From: Nemertoderma westbladi
Taxonomy: Eukaryota; Animalia; Xenacoelomorpha
NCBI GenBank assembly: GCA_032718475.1
Contig: JAUCBJ010001577.1
Location: forward strand, 24,121-88,120
Direction of reading: 5' to 3'
DNA: 64,000 bases
Below, piece by piece: positions 12,679 to 27,100 of the stretch. Position 1 is the first letter of the stretch. Every line of letters starts with the position of its first letter. Position numbers and translations under genes: made by a program. The notes below the pieces were generated by a model. That model ran no database searches. It was given only the letters and a program-made list of their open reading frames with translations, and was not told the origin of the DNA.

Positions 12679-14165
12679 CTAGTGACGGGCCTAGCGGCCC
12701 GATAAGGAACCGACTTTTTATTTTAAATAAAAGAGACAACGAGAATTAGTATAGAACTAATAAATATGTAAAAATACAATCATATTTCATACAATAATTA
12801 TTAATAAATTCGATCTATTATTAGTTGCTCAATTCTAGAACAAAATCGACCTGCAACTAGTGAAGACCTCGTTTTGGAATTTCGAAACCACGCTGGTGCG
12901 ATGCGCGATATCGTGTTTAGTTAATAAATCGAAAACTCCATCAATTCATGTGCAACCAGTAATAAGAAATCGCGATAAATGTAATTAAATAAAAATTATT
13001 CTAGAAAAATTTTCCTCAAAAAGTATGAAGTCTTGGCATTGGTGACGCGAAACTAGGCTAGTGAGATTCAGGATATTGCGTTTAATATAAAAATCGAAAA
13101 CGCTATCGAATTCTGTAAAGGCGTTAATAAAATACTGCAACTTTTTTGAAATTTGTAAAATTCTAGAACTAGAAAAAATTAATTTTTGAACGGCGCTGTT
13201 TGGGTTTTCGAAACATGGATAGGCTGAAAGAGGACATCGAATTAAGTTGAAAAATGAAAACCCCATCGAATTTGGACAAAGCGTTCCGGAGTTATAGCGG
13301 ATCGAAAAAAATTGACCCCCCCAGTCGCCAAAAATTTACAGTAATTTAAAATTTTGCAAAAAAAAATTTTTGCGTTATTTTTGATGGCGAATCGATTGGT
13401 AGTACTGGCTACGAAAATTTTTTTTTGAAATTTTTGGTCAGAAAAAAAAAACATGGAAAAAGTATATTTTAAAAAAGATTTGATGTCTTTGCCTATGGTC
13501 AGAGAATTATCCAACTCTGTAACTTGGCAATCGCTCAAATCCATTCAGCTGAATGGCACAGTAGAGTAAACTAAAGTAAATTCCCTATACAATGTTCTGA
13601 AGGGGAGACTGACAGAGAGTAATCCAACCAATAAAACATTTTGCAATAATGTTGGCATTAATGTAGCCAACACAGTGTGTACTTAAGTCATTCAGCTTAC
13701 ATTAGCAGAGTGAGATATTCCCATAGAATTGCATTGGGAAGAGTAATTCAGCTGAGGCAATAATAGATTTCAAACTAAACCAACCAGTTAATATTTGCTT
13801 TGACAGAGTGTCCTAGGGCCTAAACAAACAGTATGGGTGTACTGAGTACAATAATCTTGGCAACCTCATCGATTTATACTAAGCCTTGTGTAGAAATGCA
13901 TTACATAAGCCATTTTTCATCAGGACACCAGCTGTCATGGGTGTTATTTTACCATTGCGTCTATGGCGTTTTTTCGTTTATCTCTATTTTTCGAGCCCAG
14001 AGGCTATGGACGGAGTAGCCGATCATACCAGGGACCTTAGAATCGCGGTATCTAGATGCTGTGAAAATTTCATCAAAATCGTTAGAGTAGTTTTGGCTGT
14101 AGATCAGCCAGCCAGCCAGTCAATCAGCCAACAATTCTTACAGTAATGAACCTCTCGGTTCCTAA
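12679..14165 (-). mobile_element. Representative family-1 unit with AT-rich 'B' interior (~1.5 kb); siblings fill 14166-21665, 24172-28807 and 39028-40689
   Basis: Minus strand reads 5'-TTAGGAACCGAGAGGTTC ... TCGGTTCCTTAT-CGGGCC-GCTA-GGCCCG-TCA-CTAG-3'. A 3' hairpin plus CTAG is the established Helitron terminus; subterminal inverted repeats and a 5'-proximal microsatellite are HINE/DINE-1 traits. There is no Rep/helicase ORF. Confidence 0.8.
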
Positions 14166-15656
14166 CTAGTGACGGGCCTAGCGGCCCGATAAGGAACCGA
14201 CTTTTTATTTCAAATAAAAGAGACAACGAGAATTATTATAGAACTAATAATTATGTAATTATGTAAAAATACAATCATATTTCATACAATAATTATTAAT
14301 AAATTCGATCTATTATTAGTTGCTCAATTATAGAACAAAATCGACCTGCAACTAGTGGAAACCTCGTTTTGGAATTTTGAAACCACGCTGGTGCGATGCG
14401 CGATATGTGTTTAGTTAATAAAGTGAAAACTCCATCAATTCATGTGCAACCAGTAATAAGAAATCGCGATAAATGTAATTTGAATAAAAATTATTCTAGA
14501 AAAATTTTCCTCAAAAAGTATGAAGTCTTGGCATTGGTGACGCGAAACTAGGCTAGTGAGATTCAGGATATTGCGTTTAATATAAAAATCGAAAACGCTA
14601 TCGAATTCCGTAAAGGTGTTAATAAAATACTGCAACTTTTTTGAAATTTGTAAAATTCTAGAACTAGAAAAAATTAATTTTTGAACGGCGCTGTTTGGGG
14701 TTTCGAAACATGGATAGGCTGAAAGAGGACATCGAATTAAGTTGAAAAATGAAAACCCCATCGAATTTGGACAAAGCGTTCCGGAGTTATAGCGGATCGA
14801 AAAAAATTGACCCCCCCCAGTCGCCAAAAATTTACAGTAATTTAAAATTTTGCAAAAAAAATTTTTTGCGTTATTTTTGATGGCGAATCGATTGGCAGTA
14901 CTGGCTACGAAAAAATTTTTTTTTGAAATTTTTGGTCAGAAAAAAAACATGGAAAAAGTATCTTTTGAAAAAAATTTGATGTCTTTCTTTGCCTACTGTA
15001 TGGTCAGAGAATGATCCAACTCTGTAACTTGGCAATCGCTCAAATCCATTCAGCTGAATGGCACAGTAGAGTAAACTAAAGTAAATTCCCTATACATACA
15101 ATGTTCTGAAGGGGAGACTGACAGAGAGTAATCCAACAATAAAACATTTTGCAATAATGCTGGCATTAATGTAGCCAACACACTGTGTACTTAACCGTCA
15201 TTCAGCTTACATTAGCAGAGGGAGAAACTTGGATACTCAACTAGAATGCATTGGGAAGAGTTATTCAGCTGAGGCGATACTAGATTTCAAACTAAACCAA
15301 CCAGTTAATGTTTGCATTGCCAGAGAGTGGTGAGTGGTTGGTTGGGCCTAAACAAACAGTATGGGTGTACTAAGTATAATATTCTTGGCAACCTCATCAA
15401 TTTATTACTAAGCCTTGTGTATTAATGCATTACATAAGCCATTTTTCATGAGGACACCAGCTGTCATTGGTGTTATTTTACCATTGCGCCTATGGCGTTT
15501 TTTCGTTTATGTCTATTTTTCGAGCCCACGGCTCATGGACGAAATAGCGGAACATACCAGGGACCTTAGAATCGCGGCATCTAGCCGCTGTGAAAATTTC
15601 ATCAAAATCGTTAGAGTAGTTTTGGCTGTAGATTAGCCAGCCAGCCAGCCAGCCAG

Positions 15657-15687
<31 letters not shown>

Positions 15688-18600
15688 GCCAACAATTCTT
15701 ACAGTAATGAACCTCTCGGTTCCTAACTAGTGACGGGCCTAGCGGCCCGATAAGGAACCGACTTTTTATTTTAAATAAAAGAGACAACGAGAAATAGTAT
15801 AGAACTAATAATTATGTAAAAATACAATCATATTTCATACAATAATTATTAATAAATTCGATCTATTATTAGTTGCTCAATTCTAGAACAAAATCGACCT
15901 GCAACTAGTGAAGACCTCGTTTTGGAATTTCGAAACCACGCTGGTGCGATGCGCGATATCGTGTTTAGTTAATAAATTGAAAACTCCATCAATTCATGTG
16001 CAACCAGTAATAAGAAATCGCGATAAATGTAATTAAATAAAAATTATTCTAGAAAACTTTTCCTCAAAAAGTATGAAGTCTTGGCATTGGTGACGCGAAA
16101 CTAGGCTATTGAGATTCAGGATATTGCGTTTAATATAAAAATCGAAAACGCTATCGAATTCCGTAAAGGCGTTAATAAAATACTGCAACTTTTTTGAAAT
16201 TTGTAAAATTCTAGAACTAGAAAAAATTAATTTTTGAACAGCGCTGTGTGGGGTTTCGAAACATGGATAGGCTGAAAGAGGACATCGAATTAAGTTGAAA
16301 AATGAAAACCCCATCGAATTTGGACAAAGCGTTCCGGAGTTATAGCGGATCAAAAAAAATTGACCCCCCCCAGTCGCCAAAAATTTACAGTAATTTAAAA
16401 TTTTGCAAAAAAAAATTTTTGCGTTATTTTTGATGGCGAATCGATTGGCAGTACTGAGTACGAAAAATTTTTTTTGAAATTTTTGGTCAGAAAAAAAAAC
16501 ATTGAAAAAGTATATTTTTAAAAAGATTTGTCTTTGCCTATGGTCAGAGAATGATCCAACTCTGTACTTGGCAATCGCTCAAATCCATTCAGCTGAATGC
16601 ACAGTAGAGTAAACTAAAGTAAATTCCCTATACAATGTTCTGAAGGGGAGACTGACAGAGAGTAATCCAACAATAAAACATTTTGCAATAATGTTGGCAT
16701 TAATGTAGCCAACACACTGTGTACTAAACCGTCATTCAGCTTACATTAGCAGAGTGAGATATTCGCATAGAATGCATTGGGAAGAGTAATTCAGCTGAGG
16801 CGATAATAGATTTCAAACTAAACCAACCAGTTAATATTTGCTTTGACAGAGTGTCCTAGGGCCTAAACAAACAGTATGGGTGTACTGAGTACAATAATCT
16901 TGGCAACCTCATCGATTTATACTAAGCCTTGTGTAGAAATCCATTACATAAGCCATTTTTCATCACGACACCAGCTGTTATTGGTGTTATTTTACCATTG
17001 CGCCTATGGCGTTTTTTCGTTTATGTCTATTTTTCGAGCCCACGGCTCATGGACGAAATAGCGGAACATACCAGGGACCTTAGAATCGCGGTATCCAGCC
17101 GCTGTGAAAATTTCATCAAAATCGTTAGAGTAGTTTTGGCTATAGATTAGCCAGTCAGCCAGTCAATCAGCCAACAATTCTTACAGTAATGAACCTCTCG
17201 GTTCCTGACTAGTGACGGGCCTAGCGGCCCGATAAGGAACCTACTTTTTATTTTAAATAAAAGAGACAACGAGAATTAGTATAGAACTAATAATTATCTA
17301 AAAATACAATCATATTTCATACAATAATTATTAATAAATTCGATCCATTATTAGTTGCTCAATTCTAGAACAAAATCGACCTGCAACTAGTGAAGACCTC
17401 GTTTTGGAATTTCGAAACCACGCTGGTGCGATGCGCGATATCGTGTTTAGTTAATAAATTGAAAACTCCATCAATTCATGTGCAATCAGTAATAAGAAAT
17501 CGCGATAAATGTAATTAAATAAAAATTATTCTAGAAAAATTTTCCTCAAAAAGTATGAAATCTTGGCATTGGTGACGCGAAACTAGGCTAGTGAGATTCA
17601 GGATATTGCGTTTAATATAAAAATCGAAAAAGCTATCGAATTCCAAAAAGGCGTTAATAAAATACTGTAACTTTTTTGAAATTTGTAAAATTCTAGAACT
17701 AGAAAAAATTTATTTTTGAACGGCGCTGTTTGGGGTTTCGAAACATGGATAGGCTGAAAGAGGACATCGAATTAAGTTGAAAAATGAAAACCCCATCGAA
17801 TTTGGACAAAGCGTTCCGGAGTTATAGCGGATCGAAAAAAATTGACCCCCCCCCCAGTCGCCAAAAATTTACAGTAATTTAAAATTTTGCAAAAAAAAAT
17901 TTTTGCGTTATTTTTGATGGCGAATCGATTGGCAGTACTGGCTAAGAAAAAATTTTTTTTGAAATTTTTGGTCAGAAAAAAAAACATGGAAAAAGTATAT
18001 TTTTAAAAAGATTTGATGTCTTTGCCTATGGTCAGAGAATGATCCAACTCTGTAACTTGGCAATCGCTCAAATCCATTCAGCTGAATGGCACAGTAGAGT
18101 AAACTAAAGTAAATTCCCTATACAATGTTCTGAAGGGGAGACTGACAGAGAGTAATCCAACAATAAAACATTTTGCAATAATGTTGGCATTAATGTAGCC
18201 AACTCACTGTGTACGTAAGAGTCATTCAGCTTACATTAGCAGAGTGAGATATTCGCATAGATTTGCATTGGGAAGAGTAATTCAGCTGAGGCGATATTAG
18301 ATTTCAAACTAAACCAACTCGTTAATGTTTGCTTTGACAGAGAGTGGTGGCCTATACAAACAGTATGGGTGTACTAAGTACAATAATCTTGGCAACCTCA
18401 TCGATTTATACTAAGCCTTGTGTAGAAATCCATTACATAAGCCATTTTTCATCCTGACACCAGCTGTTATTGGTGTTATTTTACCATTGCGTCTATGGCG
18501 TTTTTTCGTTTATGTCTATTTTTCGAGCCCACGGCTCATGGACGAAATAGCGGAACATCCAGGGACCTTAGAATCGCGGTATCTAGCCGCTGTGAAAATT

Positions 18601-21600
18601 TCATCAAAATCGTTAGAGTAGTTTTGGCTGTAGATCAGTCAGCCAGCCAGTCAGCCAGCCAGCCAGCCAGTCAGTCAACAATTCTTACAGTAATGAACCT
18701 CTCGGTTCCTAATAACTAGTGACGGGCCTAGCGGCCCGATAAGGAACCGACTTTTTATTTTAAATAAAAGAGACAACGAGAATTAGTATAGAACTAATAA
18801 TTATGTAAAAATACAATCATATTTCATACAATAATTATTATTAATAAATTTGATCTGTTATTAGTTGCTCAATTCTAGAACAAAATCGACCTGCAACTAG
18901 TGAAGACCTCGTTTTGGAATTTCGAAACCACGCTGGTGTGATGCGCGATATCGTGTTTAGTTAATAAATTGAAAACTCCATCAGTTCATGTGCAACCAGT
19001 AATAAGAAATCGCGATAAAGTAATTAAATAAAAATTATTCTAGAAAAATTTTCCTCAAAAAGTATGAAGTCTTGGCATTGGTGACGCGAAACTAGGCTAG
19101 TGAGATTCAGGATATTGCGTTTAATATAAAAATCGAAAACGCTATCGAATTCCGTAAAGGCGTTAATAAAATACTGCAACTTTTTTGAAATTTGTAAAAT
19201 TCTAGAACTAGAAAAAATGAACGGCGCTGTTTGGGGTTTCGAAACATGGATAGGCTGAAAGAGGACATCGAATTAAGTTGAAAAATGAAAACCCCATCGA
19301 ATTTGGACAACGCGTTCTGGAGTTATAGCGGATCGAAAAAAATTGACCCCCCCCAGTCGCCAAAAATTTACAGTAATTTAAAATTTTGCAAAAAAAATTT
19401 TTTGCGTTATTTTTGATGGCGAATCGATTGGCAGTACTGGCTACGAAAAATTTTTTTTTGAAATTTTTGGTCAGAAAAAAAAACATGGAAAAAGTATATT
19501 TTTAAAAAGATTTGATATCTTTGCAGAGAATGATCCAACTCTGTAACTTGGCAATCGCTCAAATCCATTCAGCTGAATGGCACAGTAGAGTAAATTAAAG
19601 TAAATTCCCTATACAATGTTCTGAAGGGGTGACTGACAGAGAGTAATCCAACAATAAAACATTTTGCAATAATGTTGGCATTAATGTAGCCAACTCACTG
19701 TGTACGTAACAGTCATTCAGCTTACATTAGCAGAGTGAGATATTCGCATAGAATGCATTGGGAAGAGTAATTCAGCTGAGGCGATATTAGATTTCAAACT
19801 AAACCAACCAGTTAATAATGTTTGCTTTGACAGAGAGTGGTGGCCTATACAAACAGTATGGGTGTACTGAGTATAATAATCTTGGCAACCTCATCGATTT
19901 ATTACTAAGCCTTCTGTAGAAATGCATTACATAAGCCATTTTTCATCACGACACCAGCTGTTATTGGTGTTATTTTACCATTGCGCCTATGGCGTTTTTT
20001 CGTTTATGTCTATTTTTCGAGCCCACGGCTCATGGACGAAATAGCGGAACATACCAGGGACCTTAGAATCGCGGTATCCAGCCGCTGTGAAAATTTCATC
20101 AAAATCGTTAGAGTAGTTTTGGCTGTAGATCAGTCAGTCAGCCAGTCAGCTAACAATTCTTACAGTAATGAACCTCTCGGTTCCTAACTAGTGACGGGCC
20201 TAGCGGCCCGATAAGGAACCGACTTTTTATTTCAAATAAAAGAGACAACGAGAATTATTATAGAACTAATAATTATGTAAAAATACAATCTTATTTCATA
20301 CAATAATTAAATAAATTCGATCTATTATTAGTTACTCAATTCTAGAACAAAATTGACCTGCAACTAGTGAAGACCTCGTTTTGGAATTTCGAAACCACGC
20401 TGGTGCGATGCGCGATATCGTGTTTAGTTAATAAATTGAAAACTCCATCAATTCAAGTGCAACCAGTAATAAGAAATCGCGATAAATGTAATTAAATAAA
20501 AATTATTCTAGAAAAATTTTCCTCAAAAAGTATGAAGTCTTGGCGTTGGTGACGCGAAACTAGGCTAGTGAGATTCAGGATATTGCGTTTAATATAAAAA
20601 TCGAAAACGCTATCGAATTCCGTAAAGGGGTTAATAAAATACTGCAACTTTTTTGAAATTTGTAAAATTCTAGAACTGGAAAAAATTAATTTTTGAACGG
20701 CGCTGTTTGGGGTTTGGAAACATGGATAGGCTGAAAGAGGACATCAAATTAAGTTGAAAAATGAAAACCCCATCGAATTTGGACAAAGCATTCCGGAGTT
20801 ATAGCGGATCGAAAAAAATTGACCCCCCCCCAGTCGCCAAAAATTTACAGTAATTTAAAATTTTGCAAAAAAAATTTTTTGCGTTATTTTTGATGGCGAA
20901 TCGATTGGCAGTACTGGCTACGAAAAATTTTTTTTTGAAATTTTTGGTCAGAAAAAAAAACATGGAAAAAGTATATTTTTAAAAACATTTGATGTCTTTG
21001 CCTATGGTCAGAGAATGATCCAACTCTGTAACTTGGCAATCGCTCAAATCCATTCAGCTGAATGGCACAGTAGAGTAAACTAAAGTAAGTTCCCTATACA
21101 ATGTTCTGAAGGGGTGACTGACAGAGAGTAATCCAACAATAAAACATTTTGCAATAATGTTGGCATTAATGTAGCCAACTCACTGTGTAAGTAACAGTCA
21201 TTCAGCTTACATTAGCAGAGTGAGATATTCCCATACAATGCATTGGGAAGAGTAATTCAGCTGAGGCGATATTCGATTTCAAACTAAAGCAACCAGTTAA
21301 TATTTGCTTTGACAGAGTGTCCTAGGGCCTAAACAAACAGTATGGGTGTACTGAGTACAATAATCTTGGCAACCTCATCGATTTATACTAAGCCTTGTGT
21401 AGAAATCCATTACATAAGCCATTTTTCATCACGACACCAGCTGTTATTGGTGTTATTTTACCATTGCGCGTATGGCGTTTTTTCGTTTATGTCTATTTTT
21501 CGAGCCCACGGCTCATGGACGAAATAGCGGAACATACCAGGGACCTTAGAATCGCGGTATCTAGCCGCTGTGAAAAGAGTAGTTTTGGCTGTAGGTCAGT

Positions 21601-21665
21601 CAGTCAGTCAGCCAGTCAATCAATCAGCAAACAATTCTTACAGTAATGAACCTCTCGGTTCCTAA

Positions 21666-24171
21666 CTAGTGACGGGCCTAGCGGCCCGATAAGGAACCGA
21701 CTTTTTATTTCAAATAAAAGAGACAACGAGCTCGGCTCGGTCTTGCACGATTGGGCACGATTAAGTTCGACTTGGCTTGATCGGCTCGGTTTGGCTCGAT
21801 TAGGCTCGGCCTGGCTCGGCTCGGCTCGGCTCGGCCCGGCCCGGCTCGGCTCGGCTCGGCCCGGCCCGGCTCGGCTTGGCCCGGCTCGGCTTGGCCCGGC
21901 TCGGCTCGGCTCGGCTCGGCTCGGCTCGGCTCGGCTCGGCTCGGCACGGCTCGGCACGGCTCGGTTCGGCTCGGCTCGACTCGGCTCGGCTCGGCTCGGC
22001 TTGGCTTGGCTCGGCTCGGCTCGGCTCGGCTCGGCTCGGCTCGGCTCGGCTCGGCTCGGCTCGGTTCGGCTCGGTTCGGCTCGGCTCGGCTCGGCTCGGC
22101 TCGGCTCGGCTCGGCTCGGCTCGGCTCGGCTCGGCTCGGTTCGGTTCGGCCCGGCTCGGCTCGGCTTGGCCCGGCTCGGCCCGGCTCGGCTCGGCTCGGC
22201 CCGGCTCGGCTCGGCTCGGCTCGGCTCGGCTCGGCTCGGCTCGGCTCGGCTCGGCTCGGCTCGGCTCGGCTCGGCTCGGCTCGGCTCGGCTCGGCTCGGT
22301 TCGGCTCAGCTCGGCTCTGCTCGGCTCGGCCCGGCTCGGCTCGGCTCGGCTTGGCCCGGCTCGGCTCGGCTCGGCTCGGCTCGGCTCAGCTCGGCTCGGT
22401 TCGGCTCAGCTCGGCTCGGCTCGGCTCGGCTCGACTCGGCTCGGCTCGGCTCCGCTCGGCTTGGCTCGGCCTGGCTCGGTTCGGCTCAGCTCGGCTCGGC
22501 TCGGCTCGGCTCGGCTCGGCTCGGATCGGCTCGGCTCGGCTCGGCTCGGCTCGGCTCGGCTCGGCTCGGCTCGGCTCGGCTCGGCTCGGCTCGGTTCGGC
22601 TCAGCTCGGCTCGGCTCGGCTCGGCTCGGCTCGGCTCCGCTCGGCTTGGCTCGGCCTGGCTCGGCTTGGCTCGGCTCGGTTCGGCCCGGCTCAGCTCGGC
22701 TCGGCTCGGCTCGGCTCCGCTCGGCTTGGCTCGGCCTGGCTCGGCTCGGCTCGGTTCAGCTCGGCTCGGCTGGGTTCGGCCCGGCTCGGCTCGGCTCGGC
22801 TCGGCTCGGCTCGGCTCGGCTCGGCTCGGCTCGGCTCGGCTCGGCACGGCTCGGCTCGGCACGGCTTGGCTCGGCTCGGCTCGGCTCGGCTCGGCCTGGC
22901 TCGGCTCGGCTCGGTTCAGCTCGGCTCGGCTCGGTTCGGCCCGGCTCGGCTCGGCTCGGCTCGGCTCGGCTCGGCTCGGCACGGCTCGGCTCGGCTCGGC
23001 ACAGCTTGGCTCGGCTCGGCTCGGCTCGGCTCGGCTCGGCTCGGCTCGGCTCGGCTCGGCTCGGCTCGGCTCGGTCTGAGTCGACTCCCCGTGCTGCTCG
23101 AAGGGCGCAAATACATATATCGAAGGGTCAAAGCAAAACTCACGTGCTGCTCGAAGGGACAAAGTCAAACAATGTGTCTATTATTTGATGTAATTCACGT
23201 GCTGCTCGAAGGGCGCAAATACATATATCGAAGGGTCAAAGCAAAACTCACGTGCTGCTCGAAGGGACAAAGTCAAACATTGTGTCTATTATTTGATCAT
23301 CTCACGTGCTGCTAGAAGGGCGCAACTACATATATCGAAACAAGCCCCTGTCTTGTATTTTAATTATATCAGAAATCGTTGCCTTCAGTACAAATATCTA
23401 AAAATTCATTCACCTGAAGTATGGGTAACATTATAAATTCGTTTTTCGCACAGTAGAGTTAACTAAGCAAATACCCTCCAGGTTGACTGAATGATTCTAT
23501 TAATGTTTGCCATGCATAATGTACTATATTTGGGTCCCATGACCCACCCCATTGAACAGCTTTGCTTACATCTGATAGAAAGTAATCCCAAATTAACTTC
23601 CCTCTACGAAAATTATTTTAATTAAATACATACAACATAGCAGTCAACTCTGCTATCAACAGTACACAATAACTAAAATGGCATTCAGCTTACCAGCTAT
23701 TCGCATTAAGCTAATAGATATTCGATTTCATTGGATTCAGTGAGTGTGTGAGGGCTATTGGGAGAGCAATCTGCTTATGATGTAATACATTAGAATCCCA
23801 CAGCTTTTGTTTGCTTACTGTCTGAGTTGTAGAGTGAGGATAATACTTGGCAGAGAAAGCATTTCCTTGTCAGGTGGCCATTCCTATAGAATAGCATTAC
23901 TAGGCCATCTCTATGCATTTTTCATGAGTGCCAGCTGGTGTTTTTATCATTGCGCCTACGGCGTTTTTTCGTTTACGTCTATTTTTCGAGCCCACGGCTC
24001 ATGGACGAAATAGCGGAACATACCAGGGACCTTAGAATCGCGGTATCTAGCCGCTGTGAAAATTTCATCAAAATCGTTAGAGTAGTTTTGGCTGTAGATC
24101 AGTCAGTCAGCCAGCCAGCCAGCCAGCCAGCCACGAGCAATTCTTACAGTAATGAACCTCTCGGTTCCTAA
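21666..24171 (-). mobile_element. Representative family-1 unit with 'A' interior (GGCTC satellite plus 108-bp repeats); siblings 100-2845, 2846-5241, 8004-9833, 9834-12678, 36192-39027
   Basis: Same termini and core as B units, but the sequence diverges immediately after ...aaagagacaacgag into gctcg pentamers. Confidence 0.8.
21730..23087. repeat. Nearly pure (GGCTC)n satellite, ~1.3 kb
   Basis: Direct inspection. Confidence 0.98.
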
Positions 24172-27100
24172 CTAGTGACGGGCCTAGCGGCCCGATAAGG
24201 AACCGACTTTTTACTTGCTAATTTTAATGAAAGAGACAACGAGAATTAGTATAGAACTAATAATTATGTAAAAATACAATCATATTTCATACAATAATTA
24301 TTAATAAATTCGATCTATTATTAGTTGCTCAATTCTAGAACAAAATCGACCTGCAACTAGTGAAGACCTAATTTTGGAATTTCGAAACCACGCTGGTGCG
24401 ATGCGCGATATCGTGTTTAGTTAATAAATCGAAAACTCCATCAATTCATGTGCAACCAGTAATAAGAAATCGCGATAAATGTAATTAAATAAAAATTATT
24501 CTAGAAAAATTTTCCTCAAAAAGTATGAAGTCTTGGCATTGGTAACGCGAAACTAGGCTAGTGAGATTCAGGATATTGCGTTTAATATAAAAATCGAAAA
24601 CGCTATCGAATTCCGTAAAGGCGTTAATAAAATACTGCAACTTTTTTGAAATTTGTAAAATTCTAGAACTAGAAAAAATTAAATTTTGAACGGCGCTGTT
24701 TGGGGTTTCGAAACATGGATAGGCTGAAAGAGGACATCGAATTAAGTTGAAAAATAAAAACCCCGTCGAATTTGGACAAAGCGTTCCGGAGTTATAGCGG
24801 ATCGAAAAAAATTGACCCCCCCCCCAGTCGCCAAAAATTTACAGTAATTTAAAATTTTGCAAAGAAAATTTTTTGCGTTATTTTTGATGGCGAATCGATT
24901 GGCAGTACTGGCTAAGAAAATTTTTTTTTTCAAATTTTTGGTCAGAAAAAAAAACATTGAAAAAGTATCTTTTTAAAAAGATTTGATGTCTTTGCCTATG
25001 GTCAGATAATGATCCAACTCTGTAACTTGGCAATCGCTCAAATCCATTCAGCTGAATGGCACAGTAGAGTAAACTAAAGTAAATTCCCTATACAATGTTC
25101 TGAAGGGGAGACTGACAGAGAGTAATCCAACAATAAAACACTTTGCAATAATGTTGGCATTAATGTAGCCAAGAAGTGATTTTTATATTTCAAACTATAA
25201 TGTTAGTCTTAGCCTTACAGAGTATCAGTATAAGGCTGAGTAAACATTCCACCTTATAAGCATACAGCCTCCACAGTATTAATGTTGGCATTAATGTAGC
25301 CGATACACTGTATACCTAATAGTCATTCAGTAGGGGGTAGAGTTATTCAGCTGAGGCGGTAATAGATTGCAAACTAAACCAACCAGTTGGCAGCCTCATC
25401 GATTTATACTAAGCCTGTGTAGAACCACAAACTAAATCAACCAGTTAATATTTGCTTTGACAGAGAGTGCAGGGCCTAAACAAACAGTATGGGTGTACTA
25501 AGTACAATAATCTTGGCAACCTCATCGATTTATATTAAGCCTTGTGTAGAAATGCATTACATAAGCCATTTTTCATCAGGACACCAGCTGTCATGGGTGT
25601 TATTTTACCATTGCGCCTATGGCGTTTTTTCGTTTATCTCTATTTTTCGAGCCCACGGCTCATGGACGAAATAGCGGAACATACCAGGGACCTTAGAATC
25701 GCGGTATCTAGCCGCTGTGAAAATTTCATCAAAATCGTTAGAGTAGTTTTGGCTGTAGATCAGCCAGCCAGCCAGCCAGCCAGTCAGCCACGAGCAATTC
25801 TTACAGTAATGAACCTCTCGGTTCCTAACTAGTGACGGGCCTAGCGGCCCGATAAGGAACCGACTTTTTATTTTAAATAAAAGAGACAACGAGAATTAGT
25901 ATAGAACTAATAATTATGTACAAATACAATCATATTCCATACAATAATTATTAATAAATTCGATCTATTATTAGTTGCTCAATTCTAGAACAAAATCGAC
26001 CTGCAACTAGTGAAGACCTCGTTTTGGAATTTTAAAACCACGCTGGTGCGATACGCGATATCGTGTTTAGTTAATAAATTGAAAACTCCATCAATTCATG
26101 TGCAACCAGTAATAAGAAATCGCGATAAAAGTAATTAAATAAAAATTATTCTAGAAAAATTTTCTTCAAAAAGTATGAAGTCTTGGCGTTGGTGACGCGA
26201 AACTAGGCTTGTGAGATTCAGGATATTGCGTTTAATATAAGAATCGAAAACGCTATCGAATTCCGTAAAGGCGTTAATAAAATACTGCAACTTTTTTGAA
26301 ATTTGTAAAATTCTAGAACTAGAAAAAATTAAATTTTGAACGGCGCTGTTTGGGGTTTCGAAACATGGATAGACTGAAAGAGGACATCGAATTAAGTTGA
26401 AAAATAAAAACCCCATCGAATTTGGACAAAGCGTTCCGGAGTTATAGCGGATCGAAAAAAATTTACCCCCCCCAGTCGCCAAAAATTTACAGTAATTTAA
26501 AATTTTGCAAAAAAAATTTTTTTGCGTTATTTTTGATGGCAAATCGATTGACAGTACTGGCTATGAAAAAATTTTATTGAAATTTTTGGTCAGAAAATAA
26601 AACATGGAAAAAGTATCTTTTTAAAAAGATTTGATGTCTTTGCCTATGGTCAGAGAATGATCCAACTCTGTAACTTGGCAATCGCTCATATCCATTCAGC
26701 TGAATGGCACAGTAGAGTAAACTAAAGTATATTCCCTATACAATGTTCTGAAGGGGAGACTGACAGAGAGTCCAACAATAAAACATTTTGCAATAATGTT
26801 GACATTAATGTAGCCAACTCACTGTGTACTTAAGTCATTCAGCTTACATTAGCAGAGGGAGATATTCCCATAGAGTGCGCATTGGGAAGAGTAATTCAGC
26901 TGAGGCAATAATAGATTTCAAACTAAACCAACCAGTTAATATTTGCTTTGACAGAGTGTCCTAGGGCCTAAACAAACAGTATGGGTGTACTAAGTACAAT
27001 AATCTTGGCAACCTCATCGATTTATACTAAGCCTTGTGTAGAAATCCATTACATAAGCCATTTTTCATCATGACACCAGCTGTTATTGGTGTTATTTTAC

